Assembly: GCA_963724765.1 (NCBI GenBank)
Contig: CAVRVY010000003.1
Span: 576,001 to 640,000, forward strand
DNA length: 64,000 nucleotides
Source of the DNA: an uncultured delta proteobacterium
Lineage (GTDB): Bacteria; Desulfobacterota; Binatia; Binatales; Binataceae
Reading direction: 5' to 3'
Below, piece after piece: positions 9,288 through 18,888 of this stretch. The translations under genes were made by a program, and so were the position numbers. Below the pieces are notes generated by a model that made no database searches, was not told the origin of the DNA, and saw only the letters and a list, made by a program, of their open reading frames with translations. The first letter of the stretch is position 1. Each line of letters begins with the position of its first letter.

Positions 9288-9863
9288 ATGGCAGTAAAAA
9301 AGCGAGTATCGCAGGCACGCAAAGGGGTCGCGTCCAGACCGGCCAAATCTGCCAAGTCGGTCAAATCAGGCAAGTCGGTAAAATCCGGCAAGTCGCCCGC
9401 GCCGGGCCGGATAGCCCAGCTTGAGGCGACGGTGGGCAAGCTGCGGGCCAGCCTGGTAGCCGAAGCGCAGCGGCGCAAGCTCGACCAGCGCCTCCTGGCC
9501 GAGGCCAAGCGGGCTCGCGACGCGGTGGCCAAACAGATTTCGGCGTTGCGCGCGCAGGGGCTCAAGCTCGGGGAACAGATTAAGCGCGCGGCGCACGAAA
9601 ATCGCATGCTCGAGCAGGCGCGCCAGACGGCATCGAGCAAGGTCGAAGAATTGCGCGCCGAACTGCACGACAAGAGCGAAGAGGTGCGCCGCACCTCGGC
9701 CGAGCTGGCGAAGCTGGCGCGCGAATCGGCCACGCGCGCGCGCGCGATTGTGCACAGCCGCGGCCTCGGCCTGGAGCCGCATCACGACCCCGACGTGGAA
9801 GGGGTGCATGATGACGATCCGTTCGCGGACGATCCGTTCTCCGGCGAAAAACCGCCGATCTAG
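9288..9863 (+). CDS. Hypothetical coiled-coil protein with basic N-terminus and acidic tail
   Basis: GGGGAG RBS before ATG 9288, KS repeats, heptad-rich middle, DDDPFADDPF near the C-terminus. Confidence 0.75.
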   Translation: MAVKKRVSQARKGVASRPAKSAKSVKSGKSVKSGKSPAPGRIAQLEATVGKLRASLVAEAQRRKLDQRLLAEAKRARDAVAKQISALRAQGLKLGEQIKRAAHENRMLEQARQTASSKVEELRAELHDKSEEVRRTSAELAKLARESATRARAIVHSRGLGLEPHHDPDVEGVHDDDPFADDPFSGEKPPI

Positions 9864-10020
9864 CCGGCTGGAGCGGCCGGCGGCCGATTTTACGCCCGGC
9901 GGCGCGATCCGTTGCCGGTGGAGCAATCTGTCGTCCCTGGGGACCGCTTAGCCCATGTCGGCCGCGTTGCGCTGGCGACCGCCGCGGGTTCAATTGCCTG
10001 TCGGGCTCGAAAAAGATTTC

Positions 10021-10059
10021 CGAGACCATTTCGCGAGATCATCTCGCGAGATCATTTGG
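10021..10059. repeat. Three tandem 13-bp units with an internal inverted repeat
   Basis: CGAGACCATTTCG / CGAGATCATCTCG / CGAGATCATTTGG; 10031-10049 is TCGCGAGAT-C-ATCTCGCGA. Confidence 0.75.
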
Positions 10060-10217
10060 TCGCAGGACCGCTTAGCACCACCGCCTTACCCACCGGTGCG
10101 GCCGTGCGTCGCCGCGCTTCGGCGCAGAAGCTTGCCCGTCGTTGCGCGCCGGTCTCAAGGCCCCGGCGCGCAACGAGGGCAAAAAACGAGCAGTAGAAAG
10201 CCCGGTCTTTGGATAGC

Positions 10218-10415
10218 TTACGGAGCAGCAGCGGGCGATGCCGCGGGGCTCGCTTCCATCGCGCCGCCGCTGGGAGCTGCTTCGCCGCCGGCTGCAGGAC
10301 TGGCCTCGGCGGAGGCGGCTGGAGCGGAACTCTCGGGTGCAGGCTCTTCGCTCTTCTGACACGCCATCGCAGCGAAGAACATCGGGATCAACGCCAGAAC
10401 CAGATACTTGCGCAT
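10218..10415 (-). CDS. Small Ala/Pro/Ser-rich lipoprotein
   Basis: AAGGAGG RBS; MRK-hydrophobic-AMAC lipobox-like signal; disordered mature part. Confidence 0.75.
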   Translation of the reverse strand: MRKYLVLALIPMFFAAMACQKSEEPAPESSAPAASAEASPAAGGEAAPSGGAMEASPAASPAAAP

Positions 10416-10529
10416 GGTTACCTCCTTGATCTCAGGACCCCCAAGCTCACGTTACTTCGGTAACGCCGCATAGTTCAAGCTCGGCCGCGGTCACGGCGGG
10501 CAGTTTGTGGATGAAACTACGTGCGATTT

Positions 10530-10558
10530 TTGCGCGCTAGCAACGCAGTATGTATTAT
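10530..10558 (+). promoter_or_regulatory. Putative sigma70 promoter
   Basis: TTGCGC-N17-TATTAT upstream of a GGAGG RBS at 10577. Confidence 0.5.
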
Positions 10559-10589
10559 TGCGGCCGAAGTAGCACAGGAGGACGTGGTT

Positions 10590-10817
10590 GTGGCAGAGCG
10601 TCGTCGCTTTAGCATCTCCATGGTCGGATCTGCGGGGACGGAGCAGGTGGTCGAACACGACATGGATATGAAACGGGCCAGATCGCAGGAATCCGCAGTC
10701 ACCTCGCGGCTGGTCGAACTGATGCGCTGGCTGGTGCCCAATGGGCGTCCGACCGGCTCACCGATGCGTTCGGTGGCACGCGAAATCGAAGAATTGTGGC
10801 CGTCGCGCGATCGCTAG
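10590..10817 (+). CDS. Hypothetical small protein (75 aa)
   Basis: GGAGG 8 nt before GTG 10590 and a promoter-like element upstream. No family recognised. Confidence 0.55.
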   Translation: MAERRRFSISMVGSAGTEQVVEHDMDMKRARSQESAVTSRLVELMRWLVPNGRPTGSPMRSVAREIEELWPSRDR

Positions 10818-10872
10818 ATCGTAACCGCGGGGTCTTGCGCGCGTAAATCATTCGCGGAAAAGGACCACTCGC

Positions 10873-11391
10873 ATGGACGATATCGTCCGCATCTCCAGCA
10901 GCGCGCCTTGGGAACCAATCTTTGGCTACTCGCGCGCCGTGAGGGCGGGCGACTGGATCGCGGTGTCCGGCAGCACCGGCCTCGACGAGAACGGGCAACT
11001 GGTCGGCCGTGGACAGGTCTACGTGCAGGCGCGCCAGACGATTAGCAATATCGCGGCGGCGCTGGCGCGGCTGGGCATCGGCCTGGAGCGCGTGGTGCGC
11101 ACGCGGATCTACGTCACCGAACTCGACCGCTTGGACGACATCGCGCGCGCGCATCAAGAAATGTTCGGCGCGGCGCCGCCCGCCTCGACCTTGGTCCAGG
11201 TCGCCGGGCTAGTGCATCCCGACATGCTGATCGAAATTGAAGCCGACGCGTACGCCGGTCCCACGGCGACCACCGCGACGCGGCCTACGGCGGCGGTCCG
11301 CGCAGTACCCGCATCGAAAGGCCGTGCGCCGCGCAAGGGCGCGAGCGCGCCCGCCGCGCGCCCACGGCGAAAATCGGCGCGCCGGCGCTAG
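10873..11391 (+). CDS. RidA/YjgF family protein with basic C-terminal extension
   Basis: GYSRAVR, VSGSTG, PASTLVQV and LIEIEA motifs. Confidence 0.92.
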   Translation: MDDIVRISSSAPWEPIFGYSRAVRAGDWIAVSGSTGLDENGQLVGRGQVYVQARQTISNIAAALARLGIGLERVVRTRIYVTELDRLDDIARAHQEMFGAAPPASTLVQVAGLVHPDMLIEIEADAYAGPTATTATRPTAAVRAVPASKGRAPRKGASAPAARPRRKSARRR

Positions 11392-11456
11392 TCTGCCGAC
11401 AGTCACGCTCGCACGACAGGACGCGCGAGATTCAACCGCCGCGTCCGATCAATCGC

Positions 11457-12959
11457 TTAGCGGCTCAATATCACGTGATGATGCGGCGCGTTGCCCAGTG
11501 CTGAGGCGAAGGCGCCGGCGGCGCTGGTGATGTAGGGCTGCGGGAAAAGCCCGATCACGACCGTGCCGGCCGCGGCGATTACCAGCGCCGCGACCAGCGC
11601 GGGCCGCGTGCGCAATGCCACCGGCTCCACGCCGCCCTCGCGCGCATATATCGCGATCAGCACCGATAGGTAGTAATAGGCCGAGATGACGCTGTTGAGG
11701 ACGGCGATAATCGTCAGCCAGAGCAGATGAGCGTCGAGCGCGGCGGAGAAGATGTAGAACTTGCCAAAGAACCCCGCCAGCGGCGGCACTCCGGTCAGCG
11801 ACAGCATGAACAGCGTCATCGCCGCGGCGAGCATCGGATGGCGCCTCGCGAGGCCTTGGTAGTCCGCGATATTGGCGTGGGCGGCGCCGCGGCGCTCGAG
11901 CGCAACCACCACGGCGAAGGCGCCCAGGTTGGTGAAGGCGTAGCCGAGCAGGTAGTAGAGGATTGCGCCGCCGGCGCGCGGCGAGGCGACCGCGGTCATC
12001 CCGACCAGGATGTAGCCGGCGTGCGCGATTGCCGAGTAGGCAAGCATCCGCTTGATATTGGTCTGCACCAGCGCCGCCAGGTTGCCGGCCGTCATGGTCA
12101 GCACGGCGATCACCCACAGCACCATCGTCCACTGCGGCCCGAGCGGCCACAGGTGGACCATGAAGATGCGCATGAAGCCAGCGAACGCCGCGACCTTGAC
12201 TCCCACCGCCATGAAAGCCGTTACCGGCGTGGGCGCGCCCTCGTAGGCGTCAGGCGTCCACATATGGAAGGGCACGGCGGCGACCTTGAAGCCGAAGCCG
12301 ATCAGCAGCAGGCCGACGCCGGCGAGCAGCAGCGCGTTGTCGGTGGCCGGACGCGAGAGCGCGGCTTCGATCGGCTCGAGCTTGATCGATCCGGTAGCGC
12401 CGTAGATGAGCGCGATACCGTAGAGCAGGAAGCCGGTGGAAAAAGCGCCGAGCAGGAAGTACTTGAGCGCGGCCTCATTAGAGCGTGGATCGCGGCGCAG
12501 AAAACCGGCCAGCGCATAGACCGCGATCGACATCGTCTCAAGGCCGAGGAAGATCACGATCAGATCGTCGGCGGCCGCCATCAGCATCATGCCGAGCGCG
12601 GCGAACATCACCAGCGCATAGTACTCTGCGCCGGCCAATCCCTGGTCGGCGGCATACTCGACCGACATCAAGGCGGTCATCGCGGCGGCGAACAGCACCA
12701 GCAATTCGAAATAGGCGGTGTAGCTGCTCACCGAGAGCGTGCCCGAGAAGGCCACCGAGGGACGCCCGCCGAAGAGCAGCAGCGACAGAAAGGCGGCGAA
12801 GACGAAGAGCGCGATCGACAGGATGCCCAGTCCGCCGCTATCTTCGTCGTCGATCTGCACGCCGACCAGCAGCACGCCCATCGCGCCCGCCGCCACCACG
12901 ATAAGCGGCAGGATGGGCACCCAGGCGAAGTTGATAACGCTCCAGTTGAACTGCGTCAT
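11457..12959 (-). CDS. nuoN: NADH-quinone oxidoreductase subunit N
   Basis: EAALKYFLLG, FKVAAVPFHMWTPDAYEGAP and KRMLAYS motifs. Confidence 0.96.
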   Translation of the reverse strand: MTQFNWSVINFAWVPILPLIVVAAGAMGVLLVGVQIDDEDSGGLGILSIALFVFAAFLSLLLFGGRPSVAFSGTLSVSSYTAYFELLVLFAAAMTALMSVEYAADQGLAGAEYYALVMFAALGMMLMAAADDLIVIFLGLETMSIAVYALAGFLRRDPRSNEAALKYFLLGAFSTGFLLYGIALIYGATGSIKLEPIEAALSRPATDNALLLAGVGLLLIGFGFKVAAVPFHMWTPDAYEGAPTPVTAFMAVGVKVAAFAGFMRIFMVHLWPLGPQWTMVLWVIAVLTMTAGNLAALVQTNIKRMLAYSAIAHAGYILVGMTAVASPRAGGAILYYLLGYAFTNLGAFAVVVALERRGAAHANIADYQGLARRHPMLAAAMTLFMLSLTGVPPLAGFFGKFYIFSAALDAHLLWLTIIAVLNSVISAYYYLSVLIAIYAREGGVEPVALRTRPALVAALVIAAAGTVVIGLFPQPYITSAAGAFASALGNAPHHHVILSR

Positions 12960-14515
12960 TTGGCGGCCACGGATTTGCGGTCGAGCAGCGCGGCGAGCGA
13001 GCGCGCGTAGTGCTGCTGGTGGTCGATACGCGCCTGAGCGGCGTGGACGCGGCCGAGCAGCGCGCCCACCGACGGCTCCATCCGGGCGAGCAACGGCCGC
13101 GGATAGAGCCCCATCAAGAGCATCAGCGCGATCAGCGGCGCCATCACGGCAATCTCGCGCCCGCTCAAGTCAGCGATAGTTTCATTGACGGCCCTGGTGA
13201 TCGGACCGAACATCACGCGCTCGTAAGCGTAGAGCATGTAGAGCGCGCCGAGGATGAGGCCGACGACGGCGATTTCGGCGGCCAGCGACTTGCTGAGATA
13301 GGTGCCGAGCAGGATCAGGAACTCGCCGACGAAGCCATTGAGCCCGGGCAATCCGATCGACGAGAGCATCACCACCATGAAGACGGCGGCGTAAATCGGG
13401 ACGCTCTTCCAGAGCCCGCCGAACTCGGCGATTTCGCGCGTGTGACGGCGCAGATAGATCATCCCGATCAGCAAAAACAAACCGCCGGTTGAAATCCCGT
13501 GGTTCAGCATCTGGTAAATCGCGCCCTCCATCCCCTGCGGATCGAGCGCGAAGATGCCGAGCATCACGAAACCCAGGTGGCTGACCGAGGAGTAGGCGAC
13601 GAGGCGCTTTATGTCCGGCTGGACCATCGCGACCAGCGCGCCATAGATGATTCCGACCACCGCGAGCGCCAGGAACAGCGGCGCCGCCTCGATCGCGATC
13701 TCCGGAAAGAGCGGGATCGCGAAACGCAGGAAGCCGTAGGTCCCCATCTTCAGCATCACCCCGGCCAGGATGACCGAACCCGCGGTCGGGGCCTCGGTAT
13801 GAGCGTCGGGCAGCCAGGTATGCAGCGGCCACATCGGAACCTTGATCGCAAAGGCGAGCGCGAAGGCGGCGAACAGCCAGGTGGCTTCGCGATGGCTCAG
13901 CGGCACGCCGTAGAGGGCGGGCAGATCGAAAGTTAGATGGCCGAGATGAGCGCGCGCGGCGTTCACCAGGTAAAGAATCGCGACCAGCATCAGGATCGAG
14001 CCAAGCATCGTGTACAGGATGAACTTGAAGGCGGCGTAGTATTTGCGCCCGTGCCCCCAGATTCCGATCAGGAAGTACATCGGGATCAGCATCAGTTCCC
14101 AGAACACGTAGAACAGAAACAGATCGACCGCGAGCAGCGTGCCCAGCAGCCCCATCTCCAACACCAGCATGAAGAAGCAGAACTCGCGTGGCCGCGTCTC
14201 GATATCGCCGCCGCCCGAATAGAGCAGCGAGAGCGAGAACAACACCGTGGTCAGCAACACCAGGAACAGGCTGATTCCGTCCATCCCGAGGTGATACGAG
14301 ATGCCGAACTGCGGAATCCACCCGTATTGCTCGACGAACTGGTAGTTCGCCTGCGCCGGATCGAAGGCCGCGAAGAGGTAGATCGAGATGGCGAGCGGGA
14401 TCAGCGAGAAGATGAAGCCGGCGCGCCAGGCCGCGCGCTCCTCGGGCTGCGCCAGCACGAACAGCGCCCCCAACAGCGGCGTGAAGACAACGGCAGTCAG
14501 CCAGGAGCCGCCCAT
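12956..14515 (-). CDS. nuoM: NADH-quinone oxidoreductase subunit M
   Basis: FWELMLIPMY, KVPMWPLHTWLPDAHTEAPT and FVGEF motifs. Confidence 0.96.
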   Translation of the reverse strand: MGGSWLTAVVFTPLLGALFVLAQPEERAAWRAGFIFSLIPLAISIYLFAAFDPAQANYQFVEQYGWIPQFGISYHLGMDGISLFLVLLTTVLFSLSLLYSGGGDIETRPREFCFFMLVLEMGLLGTLLAVDLFLFYVFWELMLIPMYFLIGIWGHGRKYYAAFKFILYTMLGSILMLVAILYLVNAARAHLGHLTFDLPALYGVPLSHREATWLFAAFALAFAIKVPMWPLHTWLPDAHTEAPTAGSVILAGVMLKMGTYGFLRFAIPLFPEIAIEAAPLFLALAVVGIIYGALVAMVQPDIKRLVAYSSVSHLGFVMLGIFALDPQGMEGAIYQMLNHGISTGGLFLLIGMIYLRRHTREIAEFGGLWKSVPIYAAVFMVVMLSSIGLPGLNGFVGEFLILLGTYLSKSLAAEIAVVGLILGALYMLYAYERVMFGPITRAVNETIADLSGREIAVMAPLIALMLLMGLYPRPLLARMEPSVGALLGRVHAAQARIDHQQHYARSLAALLDRKSVAAK

Positions 14516-16437
14516 CAGCGCACCATCACCAGGTAAACGTAGTAGGCGACGATCCCGACCGCGCCCACCAGGTAGACGAACGCGTAAACCTGGACGTTAC
14601 CGGTCTCCGAGCGCCGCGTGACATCGCCAGCCTCCTCGACCCCGAGCCCGGTGCCATTGACGATACCGTCGATCAGGTCGTGGTCGACACCGCAATTCAG
14701 CACGTTTTCCGATCCCCAGAACAGAAAGCGCCCGAAGACCAGGTTGTAAAGTTCGTCGACGTAGTATTTGCGCACCAGCAGGTGATACAGCGCGCTGGCG
14801 CCCGTGGCGATCCGTCCGGGCAACTCGGGTTCCCGGATGTAAAGGAGGTACGCGAGCAGGAAACCGATGAGCGTGGCGATCAGCGCGGCCGCACTGATCG
14901 CGCCGGTGGCGAGGCCGTGCTCGGCTGCCGCACGAAACGGACCAAACACGGGCTCAAGCAAGCGCGTGAACGCGCCGCCCCACAGCCATCCGTCGGGCAA
15001 CTGGACCCATCCGCCGATCACCGAAAGCACGCCCAACACGACCAGCGGCACGGTCATCACCGGCGGCGATTCATGCACGTGCTTGTCGGGCGCGACCCGC
15101 GAGCTTCCATGGAAGGTCAGGAACAGCAGGCGAAACATGTAAAACGCGGTGAGACCCGCGGTAACGATGCCAAGGAGCCACAACCCGCCGTATCCGGCGG
15201 CAATCGTGCGCTCCAGGATGAGATCTTTTGAGAAGTAGCCTGAAAACCCGGGCACCGCGCTTATCGCGAGCGTCGCCGCGAGCATCGTGGCATAGGTTAT
15301 CGGCATCCGCCGCCACAGCGCGCCCATCCGGTTCATGTCCTGCTCGCCGTCGAGCGCATGGATGATCGACCCGGCACACAGAAACAACAGGCTCTTGAAG
15401 AACGCGTGCGTCATCACGTGAAAGATGCCGGCCGCGAACGCGCCCACGCCTACGCCCATGAACATGTAGCCGAGCTGGCTGATGGTCGAGTAGGCGAGCA
15501 CGCGCTTGATATCGGTCTGGACCACGGCGACGGTCGCGGCGAAGAACGCGGTCACCGCGCCGATGACCGCGACCACGTACATCGCGTCGGGCGTGAGCGT
15601 GTAAAGGAAATGCAGCCGCGCGATCATGTAAACGCCCGCGGTCACCATGGTCGCGGCATGGATTAGCGCGCTTACCGGGGTTGGGCCGACCATCGCATCG
15701 GGCAGCCATACGTAGAGCGGAATCTGCGCCGACTTGCCGGTCGCGCCGAGCAGCAGCAACAGCCCCACCATCGTCGCCACCGGCGCGAGCATCGCGCGAT
15801 GGGCCTGCAGCTCGGCGAAATTCAACGTCCACACGCCGTGCGCGGCGAGCGCGGAGAGGATCGTCAGGATGCCCAGGATGAAGCCAGCGTCGCCGACCCG
15901 GTTGACCACGAAGGCCTTGCGCCCGTTGTAAGCGAACTGCGCGTTGTCGTACCAGAACGCGATCAGCAGATACGAGCACAGGCCCACGCCCTCCCAACCG
16001 ACGAACATCAGCAGCAGGTTGTCGGCCAACACCAGCACCAGCATCGAGAGCGCGAACAGGTTCATGTAAGCGAAGTAGCGCGCGTAGTCCTCGTCATGAG
16101 CCATGTAGCCGACGGAGTAGAGGTGGATCACCGCGCCGACGCCGCTGACGATAAGCGTCATCACGGCCGAGAGCGCGTCGAAGCGGAGCGCGATTTCGGT
16201 ATGGAACTGCCCCGCGATTATCCACGGCCATAGCGTCACTTCGAGCGCCGCGCCCGCCGGCATCGCCAGCAGCCGCGCGAAACCCCATAGCGCGATCGCA
16301 AAGACGAGGACAATTACTCCGGGGCCAGCCAGGTTGACCGCGCCGCGGCCGGCGCGGCTTCCGAAAAAGACATTGAAGACAAAGCCCAGCGCCGGGAACA
16401 GCAGAATCAGCGCGAGCGCGGGAAATTGTTCCGTCAT
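14515..16437 (-). CDS. nuoL: NADH-quinone oxidoreductase subunit L
   Basis: GWEGVGLCSYLLI, KSAQIPLYVWLPDAM and THAFFK motifs. Confidence 0.96.
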   Translation of the reverse strand: MTEQFPALALILLFPALGFVFNVFFGSRAGRGAVNLAGPGVIVLVFAIALWGFARLLAMPAGAALEVTLWPWIIAGQFHTEIALRFDALSAVMTLIVSGVGAVIHLYSVGYMAHDEDYARYFAYMNLFALSMLVLVLADNLLLMFVGWEGVGLCSYLLIAFWYDNAQFAYNGRKAFVVNRVGDAGFILGILTILSALAAHGVWTLNFAELQAHRAMLAPVATMVGLLLLLGATGKSAQIPLYVWLPDAMVGPTPVSALIHAATMVTAGVYMIARLHFLYTLTPDAMYVVAVIGAVTAFFAATVAVVQTDIKRVLAYSTISQLGYMFMGVGVGAFAAGIFHVMTHAFFKSLLFLCAGSIIHALDGEQDMNRMGALWRRMPITYATMLAATLAISAVPGFSGYFSKDLILERTIAAGYGGLWLLGIVTAGLTAFYMFRLLFLTFHGSSRVAPDKHVHESPPVMTVPLVVLGVLSVIGGWVQLPDGWLWGGAFTRLLEPVFGPFRAAAEHGLATGAISAAALIATLIGFLLAYLLYIREPELPGRIATGASALYHLLVRKYYVDELYNLVFGRFLFWGSENVLNCGVDHDLIDGIVNGTGLGVEEAGDVTRRSETGNVQVYAFVYLVGAVGIVAYYVYLVMVR

Positions 16438-16456
16438 GAATTTACCGCCGCTCCGT

Positions 16457-16759
16457 TCACCAGCGCATCAGGTTGAGTTCGTCCGCGTTGACGGTCTCGC
16501 GGTTGCGGAAAACCGAGATGATGATCGCAAGCCCGACCGCGGCCTCGGCCGCCGCCACCGTCATCACGAAAAACACGATCACCTGCCCATCCATCGAGCC
16601 CAGCCGCCGCCCCAGCGCTACGAAAGCCAGGTTGACCGCGTTGAGCATGATCTCGATCGACATGAAGATCACGATAATGTTGCGCCGCAGGAGTACGCCG
16701 GCCACCCCGATCACGAACAGCACGGCGCTCAGCCCCACGAAGTAGCTCATCGGAACCAT
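16457..16759 (-). CDS. nuoK: NADH-quinone oxidoreductase subunit K
   Basis: [17 protein letters not shown] and [10 protein letters not shown] motifs. ATG at 16759. Confidence 0.96.
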   Translation of the reverse strand: MVPMSYFVGLSAVLFVIGVAGVLLRRNIIVIFMSIEIMLNAVNLAFVALGRRLGSMDGQVIVFFVMTVAAAEAAVGLAIIISVFRNRETVNADELNLMRW

Positions 16760-16761
16760 CG

Positions 16762-17361
16762 TCAGGCGCCCTCCGACCCGGCCGGCGCACCAGCGGTGGC
16801 GGCGACGGCCTGCGCTCTCACGGCTTGCGTTCCGGCGGCCTGCGTTCCGGCAGCCGGCGGCAACGGTACGCGGCGGGCGAGCGCTATCGCGCCGACGATC
16901 GCGGCCAACAGCAGGACCGAGGTTATCTCGAAGGCGACCAGGTAGTCGGAAAAGAGCGTGGTGGCGAGCGTCTCGATCGATCCATAGCCGGCCGGCGCGA
17001 CCGCCTGGGCGCCGCCCGCGCTGGGCGCATGCCACAGGAGCACGAACAACTCGGCCACCAGCGCCGCGCACAGCAGCCCCGCGATCGCCTTGAGCGCGAG
17101 ATATCCCGGCGCGCTACGCAGTTCGGTCTGCAGGTTGAGCAGCCAGATTACGAACAGGAACAAAACCATGATCGCGCCGGCGTAAACGATTGCCTGCAAA
17201 AAGCCAACCGTCACCGCGTCGAGCCCGATGAAAATCACCGCGATCGTCAGCAGCGTCACCACCAGCGCGAGCAGGCAGTGCACCGGGTTGCGCTGCATTA
17301 CCGTGCCGAGCGCCGAAATAACCGACAGCGCGGCGAGAAAGATGAACACTCCAAGCGTCAT
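16762..17361 (-). CDS. nuoJ: NADH-quinone oxidoreductase subunit J
   Basis: [19 protein letters not shown] and FEITSVLLL motifs. ATG at 17361. Confidence 0.94.
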   Translation of the reverse strand: MTLGVFIFLAALSVISALGTVMQRNPVHCLLALVVTLLTIAVIFIGLDAVTVGFLQAIVYAGAIMVLFLFVIWLLNLQTELRSAPGYLALKAIAGLLCAALVAELFVLLWHAPSAGGAQAVAPAGYGSIETLATTLFSDYLVAFEITSVLLLAAIVGAIALARRVPLPPAAGTQAAGTQAVRAQAVAATAGAPAGSEGA

Positions 17362-17362
17362 C

Positions 17363-18562
17363 TCAGTGCGCCCCCGAGGCCAACACCACGACGATCGCGG
17401 TGACGACAACATTGGCCAGCCCGAGCGGCACCAGCCCCTTCCATCCCAGCCGCATCAACTGGTCGTAGCGAAAGCGCGGCAGCGTCCAGCGAATAAGAAT
17501 CTGAAGCCAGCAGAACGCGATGGTCTTGATCATGAAAGCGACCACGCCGAGGATCGCGACCAGCAGTTGCGGCACCCACAGATGCGCGCCGCCGGGAAAA
17601 TGAAAGCCGTCGCGGTAAAGCCACGGCACCTGCCATCCGCCGAAAAAGAATACCGTGATCAGCACCGCGACCAGCACGATTTCGGCAAAGTCGGTCATCA
17701 TGAAGACCGCCTGCTTGCCGCCCGAGTACTCGGTGAAGTAGCCCGCCACCAGCTCGGATTCGCCCTCGGGCAAATCGAACGGCACGCGCTTGGATTCCGC
17801 CATCCCGGCCGTCAGCAGCATCAGGAAGGCCACCGGCTGCAAGCAGATTCCCCAGCGCGGCAGAAAGCCGAACCACACCCCGCCCTGCGCATGACACATC
17901 GTCTGCAAATCGAGCGTCCCGTAGGTCATTACGACCGAGATGATCGCGAGGCCCAGGCCGATCTCGTAGGAAATCATCTGCGCGCTCGCGCGGATACCGC
18001 CGAGCAGCGCCCAGCGGTTGTTGGAGGCCCATCCGCCCAGCGCAACCCCGTAAACGCCGATTCCAATGGTCGCCAGGATGTAGAGCGCGGCCGCGTTGAT
18101 ATTGGCCGCCTGGAGCGTGATGGTGCGCGAGCCGATTTGCACCACGTCACCGAACGGCACCACCGCGAAGGTGATTATCACCGGGAACAATGCGAGGAAC
18201 GGCGCCAGGGCGTGGAGAAATTTGTCCGCGCCTTCGGGCACGAAGTCTTCCTTGGTGAAAAGCTTCAGCGGATCGGCGAGCAGCGTATTGACCAGGCCCA
18301 GGTTGGGCAGGCCCATCCGCTTGCCGAGCCCGGTTAACGAGGCGCGGTTGGCGCCGATCCGGTCCTGGATGAGCGCGCTGCCCTTGCGCTCGACCCACAG
18401 CAGGACGCCCGCCAGGTTCAGCACCATCACCACGACGACGATCGCCTTGATGGCTTCGATTAGGAGGTCAATCAGCACGATGGGCGAGCTCGTCGATAAG
18501 TCGGGCGGTGGAGTTTTCGGTCCCTCGGATAACGTCCGAGCAGCGCGCGGGGTATTCGTCAA
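17363..18562 (-). CDS. nuoH: NADH-quinone oxidoreductase subunit H
   Basis: ERK..QDRIG, KLFTKE, AQMISYE, PFDLPEGESELVAG and LPRFRYDQL motifs. The start may be near 18478. Confidence 0.95.
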   Translation of the reverse strand: MTNTPRAARTLSEGPKTPPPDLSTSSPIVLIDLLIEAIKAIVVVVMVLNLAGVLLWVERKGSALIQDRIGANRASLTGLGKRMGLPNLGLVNTLLADPLKLFTKEDFVPEGADKFLHALAPFLALFPVIITFAVVPFGDVVQIGSRTITLQAANINAAALYILATIGIGVYGVALGGWASNNRWALLGGIRASAQMISYEIGLGLAIISVVMTYGTLDLQTMCHAQGGVWFGFLPRWGICLQPVAFLMLLTAGMAESKRVPFDLPEGESELVAGYFTEYSGGKQAVFMMTDFAEIVLVAVLITVFFFGGWQVPWLYRDGFHFPGGAHLWVPQLLVAILGVVAFMIKTIAFCWLQILIRWTLPRFRYDQLMRLGWKGLVPLGLANVVVTAIVVVLASGAH

Positions 18563-18629
18563 GCGCGGCGGGAGAAAAGCGGACTTCAGAGCTGGTCGCG
18601 GCCGACTGCACTATAACCTGACCTTCAAC

Positions 18630-18643
18630 CGGAAAATTTTCCG
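18630..18643. promoter_or_regulatory. 14-bp palindrome in the nuoH/rsmD divergent region
   Basis: CGGAAAATTTTCCG is a perfect palindrome. A TATAGT -10-like hexamer lies on the minus strand at 18610-18615. Confidence 0.4.
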
Positions 18644-18888
18644 AGTTCAGAAAGCTAATGGCCAATCCGAGAAATCCTAAAATAGGTAACTCAAATCGCC
18701 CGCCTGCGCCAGAGCATCGGGGCGGCGTGACGAGGCATGCGCAAACTTGCGGCAATCGGAGGACTGGGCTATGGTCCGCCCGTCGGCCCCAGGAACGCCG
18801 AAATTTAATTGTTGCGACACCACTTCGTCATATGGATCGCGGCTGCGTGTGCCCCAATGGGCGTCGGCGGCGACGGAGCGCGCACGCG

